From Myxococcota bacterium (GTDB lineage: Bacteria > Myxococcota_A > UBA796 > UBA2385): a stretch of 64,000 nucleotides of DNA. Location of the stretch: positions 1 through 64,000 of the forward strand of contig JBIJDH010000016.1 of the NCBI GenBank assembly GCA_044344255.1. The letters are read 5' to 3'. The notes beneath the pieces are model-generated. The model was not told where the DNA came from. It searched no databases and saw only the letters and a program-made list of their open reading frames with translations. The position numbers and the translations under genes are program-made. How positions within the stretch are numbered: the first letter of the stretch is position 1; every line of letters starts with the position of its first letter. Positions 1 through 9,067 of this stretch are shown piece by piece.

Positions 1-125
1 GCTCATCGAAGGGCCTCCGTGCGGGGCCCCCGCCCCCCGCCGCCAGCGTAGCTGACCGGTGGCAACTCCAACCGGGGTGGACTACTTCCGGTGAGCAGAA
101 GTGGTCTACTTCTGGTGAGCGCTCA
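1..125 (+). mobile_element. Right end of an IS21-family element (istB C-terminal remnant plus terminal repeats)
   Basis: Two 20-bp direct repeats, GTGGACTACTTCCGGTGAGC (77-96) and GTGGTCTACTTCTGGTGAGC (101-120), at a 24-bp period, ending in ...GCTCA at 125. Subterminal repeats and a CA terminus are IS21 hallmarks. Upstream bases read LIEGP(S)VR with a 1-nt shift, resembling an IstB C-terminus. Confidence 0.7.
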
Positions 126-866
126 AGTCGCGGCGGGTATGGACGACCATTTGGCCAAGCCGATCGAACCCGAAGAGCTGTGGAAGGCGCTGCTCAAGTG
201 GATCAAGCCTCGCCACTCCGCCGAGGCGTTTACGAGGGTAGAGCCGCCATCTTCAGCGCGAGCCGGCCTACCCGTCGGTATTGACGGGCTCGACGTGACC
301 GGTGGACTGCGCCGCCTGCGCGGAAATAGTGCTCTTTATATGGCGATGCTTGGCAGGTTCGTCCGCGGGCAGAGATATGCAATTCCGGCGATCCTGACGG
401 CTCTTGAGGGCAACGACTGGGAGGGCGCCGAGCGGCGCGCGCACACGCCAAAGGGGGTCTCCGGCAACATTGGTGCCACCGGTCTGCAGCGGCAGGCCCG
501 TGAACTGGAGGCCGCGATCCAGCAACGCGAGCCGCGCGGGGCAGTCAACGTCTGCCTCGCCCAGCTGAAACAGCCGCTCGATGCGCTCATTGCGCAACTG
601 GAGCAGACCCTGCCCGAGGAAGAGGTCAGGACGGCGGTCAGGGTTGACTCGGACAATCTCAAGGCGGTCTGTAACAAATTGGATGAGATGCTCTCCGACG
701 ACGACGCAAAGGCGGTCGCCATGTTCGACGCGAACGCAGGTCTGCTCAGTGCCGCCTTTCCAAATCATTACCGTATGATTGAGCATAGTATTCGAGCGTT
801 CGATTTCGCGGCGGTGCTCAAAACATTGCGAGCGGCATCTGAGATGCATCGGCAAAAGGAATCTAC

Positions 867-870
<4 letters not shown>
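126..870 (+). pseudogene. 5'-truncated hybrid histidine kinase: end of receiver domain plus HPt domain
   Basis: AAGMDDHLAKPIEPEEL is the end of a REC domain. RRAHTPKGVSGNIGA is an HPt motif (AHTLKG consensus, L>P). The frame begins right at the IS21 end; the ORF-track start at 91 lies inside the IS repeat. Confidence 0.8.
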
Positions 871-1934
<1,064 letters not shown>

Positions 1935-2196
1935 CTCAGGCGATGAGTCTATACGCCGCGTCCTGTGACACAGGCTTCAGGATGGTCCCGCTGGAGGCCG
2001 GGCGCAGGTGGGCTGGGTGACGCGGGAAGGGGTAGCCCGGCTGCACGCCGCTCGTGGCCAACCCTCGCAACCTCAGGTGGACCCGCTCAAGGTCCGAGCC
2101 GCATCACCAGCCTGACCCCGACGGAGCCGGCCGTCCTGCTTCGAGCGGCGCCCGTACTATCCTGCGATCGCGAATGCGCAGGCTCAGCTCGCGCGA

Positions 2197-2560
2197 GTGC
2201 TGCTGGCGTTTGCGTGGTCGCGTCGGCTCGGGACCCGTGGCGTCACGGTGAACGCCGTACATCCGGCTTCGGTGCTCACTGACGCGCTGGCCGCCGCCCC
2301 ATGGCTCGCCAGGGCCATTGCGCACACCGTCGCCCGCCCGGCGTTCCACAGCCCCGAAGGCGGCGCCGACCCGGTGGTGAGGCTGACCGCGGAGCCGATG
2401 CTTCACGTCACTGGTGCGTTCTTCCGTCGGTTCCAACTCCGTCCTTCGAGCCTGGCCGCCAACGATATCAGGCTCGCGACGGAGATCGGGTCGGTGGCGA
2501 GCCCGTTGGCGCCCTACAGCGGGAGGTTGATCACGCGCCGCACCGAGGACTCCAGGGGCG
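2197..2560 (+). pseudogene. C-terminal fragment of a short-chain dehydrogenase (retinol dehydrogenase-like)
   Basis: LLAFAWSRRLGTRGVTVNAVHPASVLT...SPEGGADPVVRL...VTGAFF matches an SDR C-terminal half. No intact Rossmann N-terminus in frame. End is approximate. Confidence 0.55.
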
Positions 2561-2576
2561 CTCCGCGGAGCCGTCC

Positions 2577-3530
2577 TCACTCCCGGAGCGCCGCGAGCCC
2601 CTCCGCGCGCCCCACCACCGGCCGCCACCCGAGCTCCGCGCGGATCTTCGCAGTGCGAACGGTCATGTCCCGCGAGGACAACTCCGCAGCCAAGGGCGTG
2701 AGGGGCGGGGGCGTCGTCCGGCCAAGCCCGCGCCACGCGAGGTCCAGCGCGGTCGCGGCGGTCCGCGCGACGACACCGGGGATAGAACGGTTCGGCAGCC
2801 GCAGGTTCGCCGCAGCCGCGAGCCCCGAGAAGAACTCCTTCACCGAGATGTCGTCCTCGTCCGCGACGAAGTACGCGCCGGTCGACCGGGACGCTAGCGC
2901 CAGCGCGATCCCCGCGACGAGGTTCGCGACGTGGGTGGTCGAGATCCGCGCGCTACCGCCGTCCAGCCACGCGAAGCCGCCCTGCGCGACCACCCGACGG
3001 AGCGTCGGGAGCACCGTGTTGTCGCGCGGACCCCATACGAAGCAGGGACGGAGGGCGACGGTGGAGAAGCCGGGCGCGTCGGAATCGAGGACGAGGCGCT
3101 CCGCGGCCACCTTCGTGCGCGCGTACGGGAAGGGGGAGCGCGCAGGGTAGGGCCGCGACTCGTCCACGCCCAGCATGGCGGTGCCGTCGAACATGGTCGC
3201 GTTGGTGGAGACGTGCACGAAGCGCCGAACCTCCGCAGCCCTGGCGGCAGCGAGGATTCGTCGTGTCCCTTCGACATTTGCTCGCTCGTAGGCCGCTTCG
3301 GGGCCCCAGTCCTCGACGTAGGCCGCCGCGTGCACCACTGCGTCGCACCCGGCGAGGTGCTCGGCCTCCACGTGGTCGAGGGAAGATCCCACCGCGGTCG
3401 CGCCGAGGGCCTCCACCGCACGCACGCTCGCCTCGGATCGCGCCATGGCGCGTACCTCGTGCCCCGCGCGCAGCGCCTCGATGACGTGACCGCCCACGAA
3501 CCCGGAGCCGCCGGTGACGAACACCTTCAT
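2577..3530 (-). CDS. NAD-dependent epimerase/dehydratase (extended SDR, 3-beta-HSD/OleD-like)
   Basis: VTGGSGFVG Rossmann motif, HAAA, YARTK (YxxxK), LRPCFVWGPRD. Confidence 0.9.
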   Translation of the reverse strand: MKVFVTGGSGFVGGHVIEALRAGHEVRAMARSEASVRAVEALGATAVGSSLDHVEAEHLAGCDAVVHAAAYVEDWGPEAAYERANVEGTRRILAAARAAEVRRFVHVSTNATMFDGTAMLGVDESRPYPARSPFPYARTKVAAERLVLDSDAPGFSTVALRPCFVWGPRDNTVLPTLRRVVAQGGFAWLDGGSARISTTHVANLVAGIALALASRSTGAYFVADEDDISVKEFFSGLAAAANLRLPNRSIPGVVARTAATALDLAWRGLGRTTPPPLTPLAAELSSRDMTVRTAKIRAELGWRPVVGRAEGLAALRE

Positions 3531-3701
3531 GACGAACCTCTCTGCGCCACTGACCCGGGCTGCTGGGCAGAGGGGTCTGGGTTATAGCCATCGAACCTCC
3601 AATGTCGTCCACCCGTCCCGCCAGCGCCCCACACGCCAACCGGCAGCCGACGGCTTCCCCCGGCGTCCCGGCCGCGGCTCCGAGCCCGCAGGGGGCCCCC
3701 A

Positions 3702-4121
3702 GTGCTTGAATTGTCCATCGGCCTGTTGCTCCTGAGCTCGGCGCTGACGTTGGGTTTCGCCCTGCATTACCTGTCCACGCCGAGTTGGTTGGAGCGCCAC
3801 GGTGTCATTGCGCAGATGGCGTGGACGGATGTTCCGCCCCGCGTGCGGGTGATCATCCTCGCCATGATGCGGATCATCGGCGGCGGCCTGCTGACGTTGA
3901 GCGTGACGCTGGCCTGGCTGGCGGTGCCGCTCTACCGCGGCGAGAATTGGGCGACCGGGGCCATCCTCTCGGCGGAGGCCGCCAACGGATTGTGCACCAT
4001 GTACGTGACGCTGTCGCTCCGCCGGGTCGAGCCGACGGCCCGAACGCCCGTTGGCCCGACGGTGGTCCACATGCTGCTCGTGTGCCTGTCGGTCCTGCTC
4101 GCGAACCTGGCCACGCGGTAG
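3702..4121 (+). CDS. Small membrane protein (about 4 TM helices)
   Basis: Four hydrophobic stretches in a 139-aa ORF. Confidence 0.65.
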   Translation: MLELSIGLLLLSSALTLGFALHYLSTPSWLERHGVIAQMAWTDVPPRVRVIILAMMRIIGGGLLTLSVTLAWLAVPLYRGENWATGAILSAEAANGLCTMYVTLSLRRVEPTARTPVGPTVVHMLLVCLSVLLANLATR

Positions 4122-4128
4122 CCGGGCC

Positions 4129-5136
4129 TCAGAGGCGGACGAGGCTCGCTCCCCACGTGTACCCGGCCCCGAAGGCCGCGCTGAGCACGAGGTCGCCAGG
4201 CACGGCGAGGCCCTGTTCCACCAGCTCGGACAGCCCGATCGGGATGGTGGCGGCCGTCGTGTTCCCGTAGCGCACGATGTTGTTCCAGCAGCGCTCGGGC
4301 GGGAAGCCCAGCGCGCGCGCCACCACCTCATTGATGCGGAGGTTGGCCTGGTGGGGGACGAACCACCGGACGTCGTCGACCGTGGCGCCGACCGAGCGCA
4401 GCACCTCTCGGGCGATCTCCGGCATCTTCTCGGTCGCGACGCGGAACACCTCTCGCCCGTTCATGTGCGGATGCTGGAGGCCGGCTTCCAACATCTCTAC
4501 TGTGATCCGGGGCGATCGTGCGCTGGTGGGCGCCACCAGGCCCAGCTCGGATGCCCCCGCGCCGTCCGCGGCCACGGCCGTGGCGAGCACGCCCCGGTCG
4601 GCGAGGGTGCCATTGCCCTCCGCGGGCCCGAGCACCGCCGCGCCGGCGCCGTCGCCGAACAACACCGTCATGTCGCGACCGCGCGTGGTGAAGTCGAGGG
4701 CGCAGGACTGCACCTCGGAGCCGACGAGCAGGACGTTTTGGTGCATGCCCGTCCGGATGAACGCGTCGGCGACACGCAGGCCGTACACGAACCCGCTGCA
4801 CTGGTTGCGGATGTCCAACGCGGCGATCTGACGACAGCCGAGGCGCTCCTGCAGCAGGCACCCGTTCCCCGGGAAGAACACGTCGGGCGACAGGGTGGCG
4901 AAGATGATCAGGTCGAGGTCGGTCGCAAACAGTCCCGCCTGCGCCAGAGCGGCCTCCGCCGCCGGCACCGCCAAGGCGACGCTGCCGACCCCGTCTCCGG
5001 CGAAGCGCCGCTCGCGCACGCCGGTGCGCTGGACAATCCACTCGTCGCTGGTCTCGAACATGGCGGCCAGATCGTGGTTCGTGACCACACGCGGCGGCAG
5101 GAAGTGCCCGTATCCCTTGATGACGGAGCGGATCAC
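4129..5136 (-). CDS. fabH: 3-oxoacyl-ACP synthase III (FabH family)
   Basis: ETSDEWIVQRTGVRERR, catalytic NQCSGF, FGDGAGA, HQAN, YGNT, FGAGYTWG. Confidence 0.9.
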   Translation of the reverse strand: MIRSVIKGYGHFLPPRVVTNHDLAAMFETSDEWIVQRTGVRERRFAGDGVGSVALAVPAAEAALAQAGLFATDLDLIIFATLSPDVFFPGNGCLLQERLGCRQIAALDIRNQCSGFVYGLRVADAFIRTGMHQNVLLVGSEVQSCALDFTTRGRDMTVLFGDGAGAAVLGPAEGNGTLADRGVLATAVAADGAGASELGLVAPTSARSPRITVEMLEAGLQHPHMNGREVFRVATEKMPEIAREVLRSVGATVDDVRWFVPHQANLRINEVVARALGFPPERCWNNIVRYGNTTAATIPIGLSELVEQGLAVPGDLVLSAAFGAGYTWGASLVRL

Positions 5137-6677
5137 CCGGCCACCTCCTGTGCGCGCGCCCGTTGGGCGCCGGGGCGTTTGTGGGAGAGCAGAGGCGTCC
5201 CGCCGTGGCGGGCGGCGGCGAGCGTCTCCTCCGGGTCGTCACTGGACAGGATCGTCAACTCGACCCGGCCCCCCCCCAACATGCCGAGGAGCGTCTCGCG
5301 GAAGTCGGCGACCGCGGCGTGCACCTCGGGTGCGTCCGGTTCGACCACGAAGAAGAGCTTCACGAGGCCGTCCTCCTGCCGCAGGTAGATCCCGTCGAGC
5401 CCTTGGAAGTCCACGAAGCGGACGAGCGTGCGCTCCGCCAGGTCCCGCGCGAAGGGATCCGGGAAGCTCTCGGCGGGCAGCGTGTAGAGGTTCCGCCGGA
5501 TGCCGGTCAGCGTCTCCTGCATCGCGGGGTTGTAGAAGTCGCCCGCGAAGAGGTGGATGAAGTCGCGGCGCTGCAGGCCGCGGGTCTGGATCGCGAAGAA
5601 CGCGGGGAACTTCCAGAAATAGCGCAGGAAGTCGTAGATCGCGTCCTGTCCGCGGTTGCTGTACTCCGCGAACCGGGCGCACGGCTCAGCGAAGCTCCCC
5701 GTCCGGATGCCCTCGTCGATGGCCTCGGCGGCCGCCTTCGCTTCGAGCATCGCGGCGGTCACGCCGAAGGAGAAGATCGGATCGGTGAAGCGGTGGGCGT
5801 CTCCGATGGCGATCCAGCCGTTCCCGACGAAGGGATCGATGCGGTAGGAGTAGCTCTGGATCGTGTGCACGTCGTGCACCTGCGGGGCGTCGGTCAGCCG
5901 CCAGGTGAGGTCGGGGTTGATGTTCGCGATGCCCCAGTCGAGGACCTCCTGCGGGGTCTGTCCGCGCGCCTTGTAGGTGACGATGGGCATCACCACGCCG
6001 ATAGAGACGACATCGGGCGAGATCGGGATGAACCAGGCCCAGTGGTGGACCTTGGAGTAGAAGATGATGGTCTTGTTCGCCATCACACCCGGGTCACGCA
6101 CTGCGCCGCGGTACTGGGAGAAGACCGCGATCTGGCGCCCGAACGCGTCCACCTGGCGCGGGCCTGCCAGGCCCTGGCGGCTCATGAAGGCGCTGTGGCC
6201 GCTGGCGTCGATCACCGCGCGGCAGTCCACCTCTCGGACCTCCTCCTCGCCGGCTGCCGTGTACCGGATCCCCGTTACGGCCCCCGCTGCGTCGCGCAGA
6301 ACCCCGACCGCCGTGCCGAGCCGATGCTCGACGCCCATGCCGATCGCGCGGTCGAGGAGGATCTTGTCGAAGTCTTCCCGGCGGACCTGCCAGGTTGGGA
6401 AGGGCACCGGCACGAAGAACTCGTTGTGCGAATCGGTGCCGATGACCGTCACGCCCACCTTGGGTGGGAACTCCATGCCGTTCATCACGTCCGACAGGCC
6501 GAGCTCGTCGATGAACTTCCCAGCGATACCGGTGAGGGATTCCCCGATGTGGTAGCGGGGGAAGGGGGTGCGCTCCAGCAGGAGGACGGAGCGCCCCGCC
6601 TGGGCGAGGAAGGACGACGCCATCGCCCCGCCAGGGCCGCCGCCGATGACGACGACGTCACGTTGTTCGCGGCTCAT
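5133..6677 (-). CDS. Flavin-dependent halogenase-like oxidoreductase
   Basis: Start reassigned to MSREQRDVVVIGGGPGG (6677). Motifs: FPRYHIGES, conserved Lys in FPPKVG, WAWFIP (WxWxIP), GDAHRFTDPIFSFGV. Confidence 0.85.
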   Translation of the reverse strand: MSREQRDVVVIGGGPGGAMASSFLAQAGRSVLLLERTPFPRYHIGESLTGIAGKFIDELGLSDVMNGMEFPPKVGVTVIGTDSHNEFFVPVPFPTWQVRREDFDKILLDRAIGMGVEHRLGTAVGVLRDAAGAVTGIRYTAAGEEEVREVDCRAVIDASGHSAFMSRQGLAGPRQVDAFGRQIAVFSQYRGAVRDPGVMANKTIIFYSKVHHWAWFIPISPDVVSIGVVMPIVTYKARGQTPQEVLDWGIANINPDLTWRLTDAPQVHDVHTIQSYSYRIDPFVGNGWIAIGDAHRFTDPIFSFGVTAAMLEAKAAAEAIDEGIRTGSFAEPCARFAEYSNRGQDAIYDFLRYFWKFPAFFAIQTRGLQRRDFIHLFAGDFYNPAMQETLTGIRRNLYTLPAESFPDPFARDLAERTLVRFVDFQGLDGIYLRQEDGLVKLFFVVEPDAPEVHAAVADFRETLLGMLGGGRVELTILSSDDPEETLAAARHGGTPLLSHKRPGAQRARAQEVAG

Positions 6678-7786
6678 CGGGCCCCCCCAGCGGACTTCGC
6701 CAGGTCCGCGAGGAACCGATCGACCAGCAACAAGAGCTCCTGCGGCCGCTCCGTCTGGGGATAATGTCCGCACCTCGGGAGCCATTCGAGCCGCGCGTTG
6801 GGCATGGCGGCCACCGTGGCCGACACCGCCGCGCGTGGGATGACCCGGTCGGCCTGCCCGCACACGAACAAGGTCGGCGCCGACACGCCCTCGAAGAGCC
6901 GGGGGAGTCGCTCCCGGCCCAGCTCGTCGAGGAACCCCGTGTAGGCGGGACACGACAACGCTGACGAAACGACCCCTCGGAGCGTCTCGGAGAGCGGCGG
7001 AGGCCGGAAATACATCGCCTTCATGTACCGGTCCAGGTCCGCCGTCAGCTCCGCGAGCTCCTGCCAGAAGGCGTCGGGATCCGGGAGGGCGGCGATGCTC
7101 GTCACGACCAGCGCAGCAACCTTTTCGGGGCGCCGCCGGGCGATCTCCGCCGCCACCATGGCACCCGCGGAGTTGCCGAACAGGACGATCGGACCCGCGG
7201 TCAACGCGTCGACCGCGGCGATCATGGCGTCCACGTGGTCCGCGAACTGCGGGGTTGGCCCGGGGCGATGGGAGAGCCCGAAGCCGAGCTGATCGAGCGC
7301 GATCGCCTCGTGCTCTCCGTTCACCGCCCGGAGCATTGCGCCCCAGGAGCTCGATGCGTTGCCCAGCGCCGGCAGCATGACCCACGTGGGGCCCGGCCCC
7401 TGCACGCGCAGGTAGTGGATCGAGGCGTCGCCCACCTCCAGTCGCCCGCGCAGGATCCCATAGATCTCCAACGCCCGGATCGGCGCGTCGTGGATGGAGC
7501 GCGCCTCCTGTGACCCCGCCTGCTGGGGCCCCAGCCGTGCAATATGCCGGCTCAGGGTCCGAAGCGACCGGAAGTACTCCGGCGTCACGTCTGAGTCGGG
7601 GATGCGCACGTCGAAGCGCGCTTCCACGAACACCAACGTCCGGACCAACGCAATCGAGTCCAGGAGGTTCGTCTCGAGCAGCGGGGTGTCCTGCTCGAGC
7701 TCGTCGACGTCGCCTTGCAGAATGTCGTTGAGCAGGAACTCCCTCAACGCCTCGTAGACCGAATCGGTGGTGGTCGGGTTCTCCAT
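6674..7786 (-). CDS. Acyl carrier protein fused to an alpha/beta hydrolase
   Basis: Start MENPTTT (7786) after a GGAGG RBS. ACP motif LLDSIALV. Hydrolase motifs DQLGFG, GNSAG, GQAD, CGH. Confidence 0.85.
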   Translation of the reverse strand: MENPTTTDSVYEALREFLLNDILQGDVDELEQDTPLLETNLLDSIALVRTLVFVEARFDVRIPDSDVTPEYFRSLRTLSRHIARLGPQQAGSQEARSIHDAPIRALEIYGILRGRLEVGDASIHYLRVQGPGPTWVMLPALGNASSSWGAMLRAVNGEHEAIALDQLGFGLSHRPGPTPQFADHVDAMIAAVDALTAGPIVLFGNSAGAMVAAEIARRRPEKVAALVVTSIAALPDPDAFWQELAELTADLDRYMKAMYFRPPPLSETLRGVVSSALSCPAYTGFLDELGRERLPRLFEGVSAPTLFVCGQADRVIPRAAVSATVAAMPNARLEWLPRCGHYPQTERPQELLLLVDRFLADLAKSAGGAR

Positions 7787-7949
7787 TGCCTCATCCTCCC
7801 TCGGACGCACTCGTAACTGCCGGGCCCTCACGTGCACGGTCCGCCGCGCGGCCAAGGGATGGCCGGATTCGGGCCACCAGCCGGCCCACCCCGCGAATCT
7901 TCTCAGTCGTTCCGCTTCGGGGACACTCTCCTCCCCCATCGGCACGACG

Positions 7950-8683
7950 CCGGTGGTGCTCCACCGGTTCCTCCGGCAGCTCGTCGCCGAGTACCATGTC
8001 ATCGCGACCCTGTGCGCGCCGCGCTCGGGCAACCAGAAGGGCAGCGTCGAGCGCGTCGTCGGCACCGTGAGGAACAGCTTCCTGCGGGTACGGAGGTTCC
8101 GCGATCTCGCGGACCTCGAGGCCCAGCTCGCCGAGTGGCTCCGCGGGGTGAACCACGAGCGCCCGTCCGACGCGACGGGAGAGATCCCTGCCGCGCGCGC
8201 GCCAGGAGGAGGCCCGCTGGCTCGCCGAGCGTCCCGTTCAGGTGGGACCGGAGGCGTGGGCGATCGACGACTCGGCGACGGTGACGCCGATGGGCACGAT
8301 CTCGTTCCAGGGCACGGCGTACTCGGCGACCGCCCGGCACCTCGGCACCTCGGCGCGCCGGCGACGCTCCTGGGACGTCAGCGGACGCTCGAGGTCCTCG
8401 TCGCCGGTCAGCGCAGCACCCACGACCGCCAGGACCACACCGGTGAAATCCAGCGCCTCCCCGAGCACCGCCTCGACGTGCTGGCCGTCCTGCACGGCGC
8501 CCGGAAGCACGCGACCTTCCGCCGCCAGTGCCTGCCGGAGCTCGGCCAGCCGGCGTGGCAGTTCATGGGGGCCCTCGTCCACCGGTGCCCGGTGGCGCCA
8601 TGCGGGACGCCTTCGCCCGCTGCGTCGCTCGCGAGACCTTCACCTTCGAGGCCGTCCGCGCCGTGCTCCGGGAGGCCGTATGA
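7950..8683 (+). pseudogene. istA: IS21-family transposase IstA, truncated and frameshifted
   Basis: CAPRSGNQKGSVERVVGTVRNSF...EAQLAEWLRGVNHERPSDATGEIP. The continuation (TVTPMGTISFQGTAYS) is in another frame. No N-terminus. Boundaries approximate. Confidence 0.8.
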
Positions 8684-9042
8684 ACCCAGGCGACATCGAC
8701 CTCGACAAGCTGCTCAAGCGCCTGCACCTGCCGACGGTGCGCCGCCTGTACCCGGGCTACGCCACCCGCGCGGCCGCGGAGGGCTGGGGCCACCGCGACG
8801 ACCTCGCGCTGCTCATCGCCGAGGAGGTCGCGCACCGCAACGACACGCGCATCCAGAATACGGCCCGCCACGCCCACTTCCCGTTCACCGAGACGATCGA
8901 GAGCCTCGACTTCATCTTCCAGTCCAGCAACCGCCGCCAACAGCTCGGACCGTACCTGGGCCCGGAGCTGGTCAGCTCTAAGAACGCCGCCACACCGTCC
9001 GCCACTTGGTGGAGAAAGGCGAGCTATCCCCGGGCGGACTGA
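8680..9042 (+). pseudogene. istB: IS21-family ATPase IstB, N-terminal fragment
   Basis: LDKLLKRLHLP...LIAEEVAHR...AHFPFTETIESLDFIFQ. Ends before the Walker A motif. Confidence 0.8.
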
Positions 9043-9067
9043 AGAACGCCGGCCAAACCGACCGATC

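Noticed and set aside
5133..8065. ORF-track starts at 7385 and 8065
   Set aside because: The extensions overlap neighbouring genes or the IS remnant. Motif-based starts at 6677 and 7786 fit better and give 4-bp operon overlaps.
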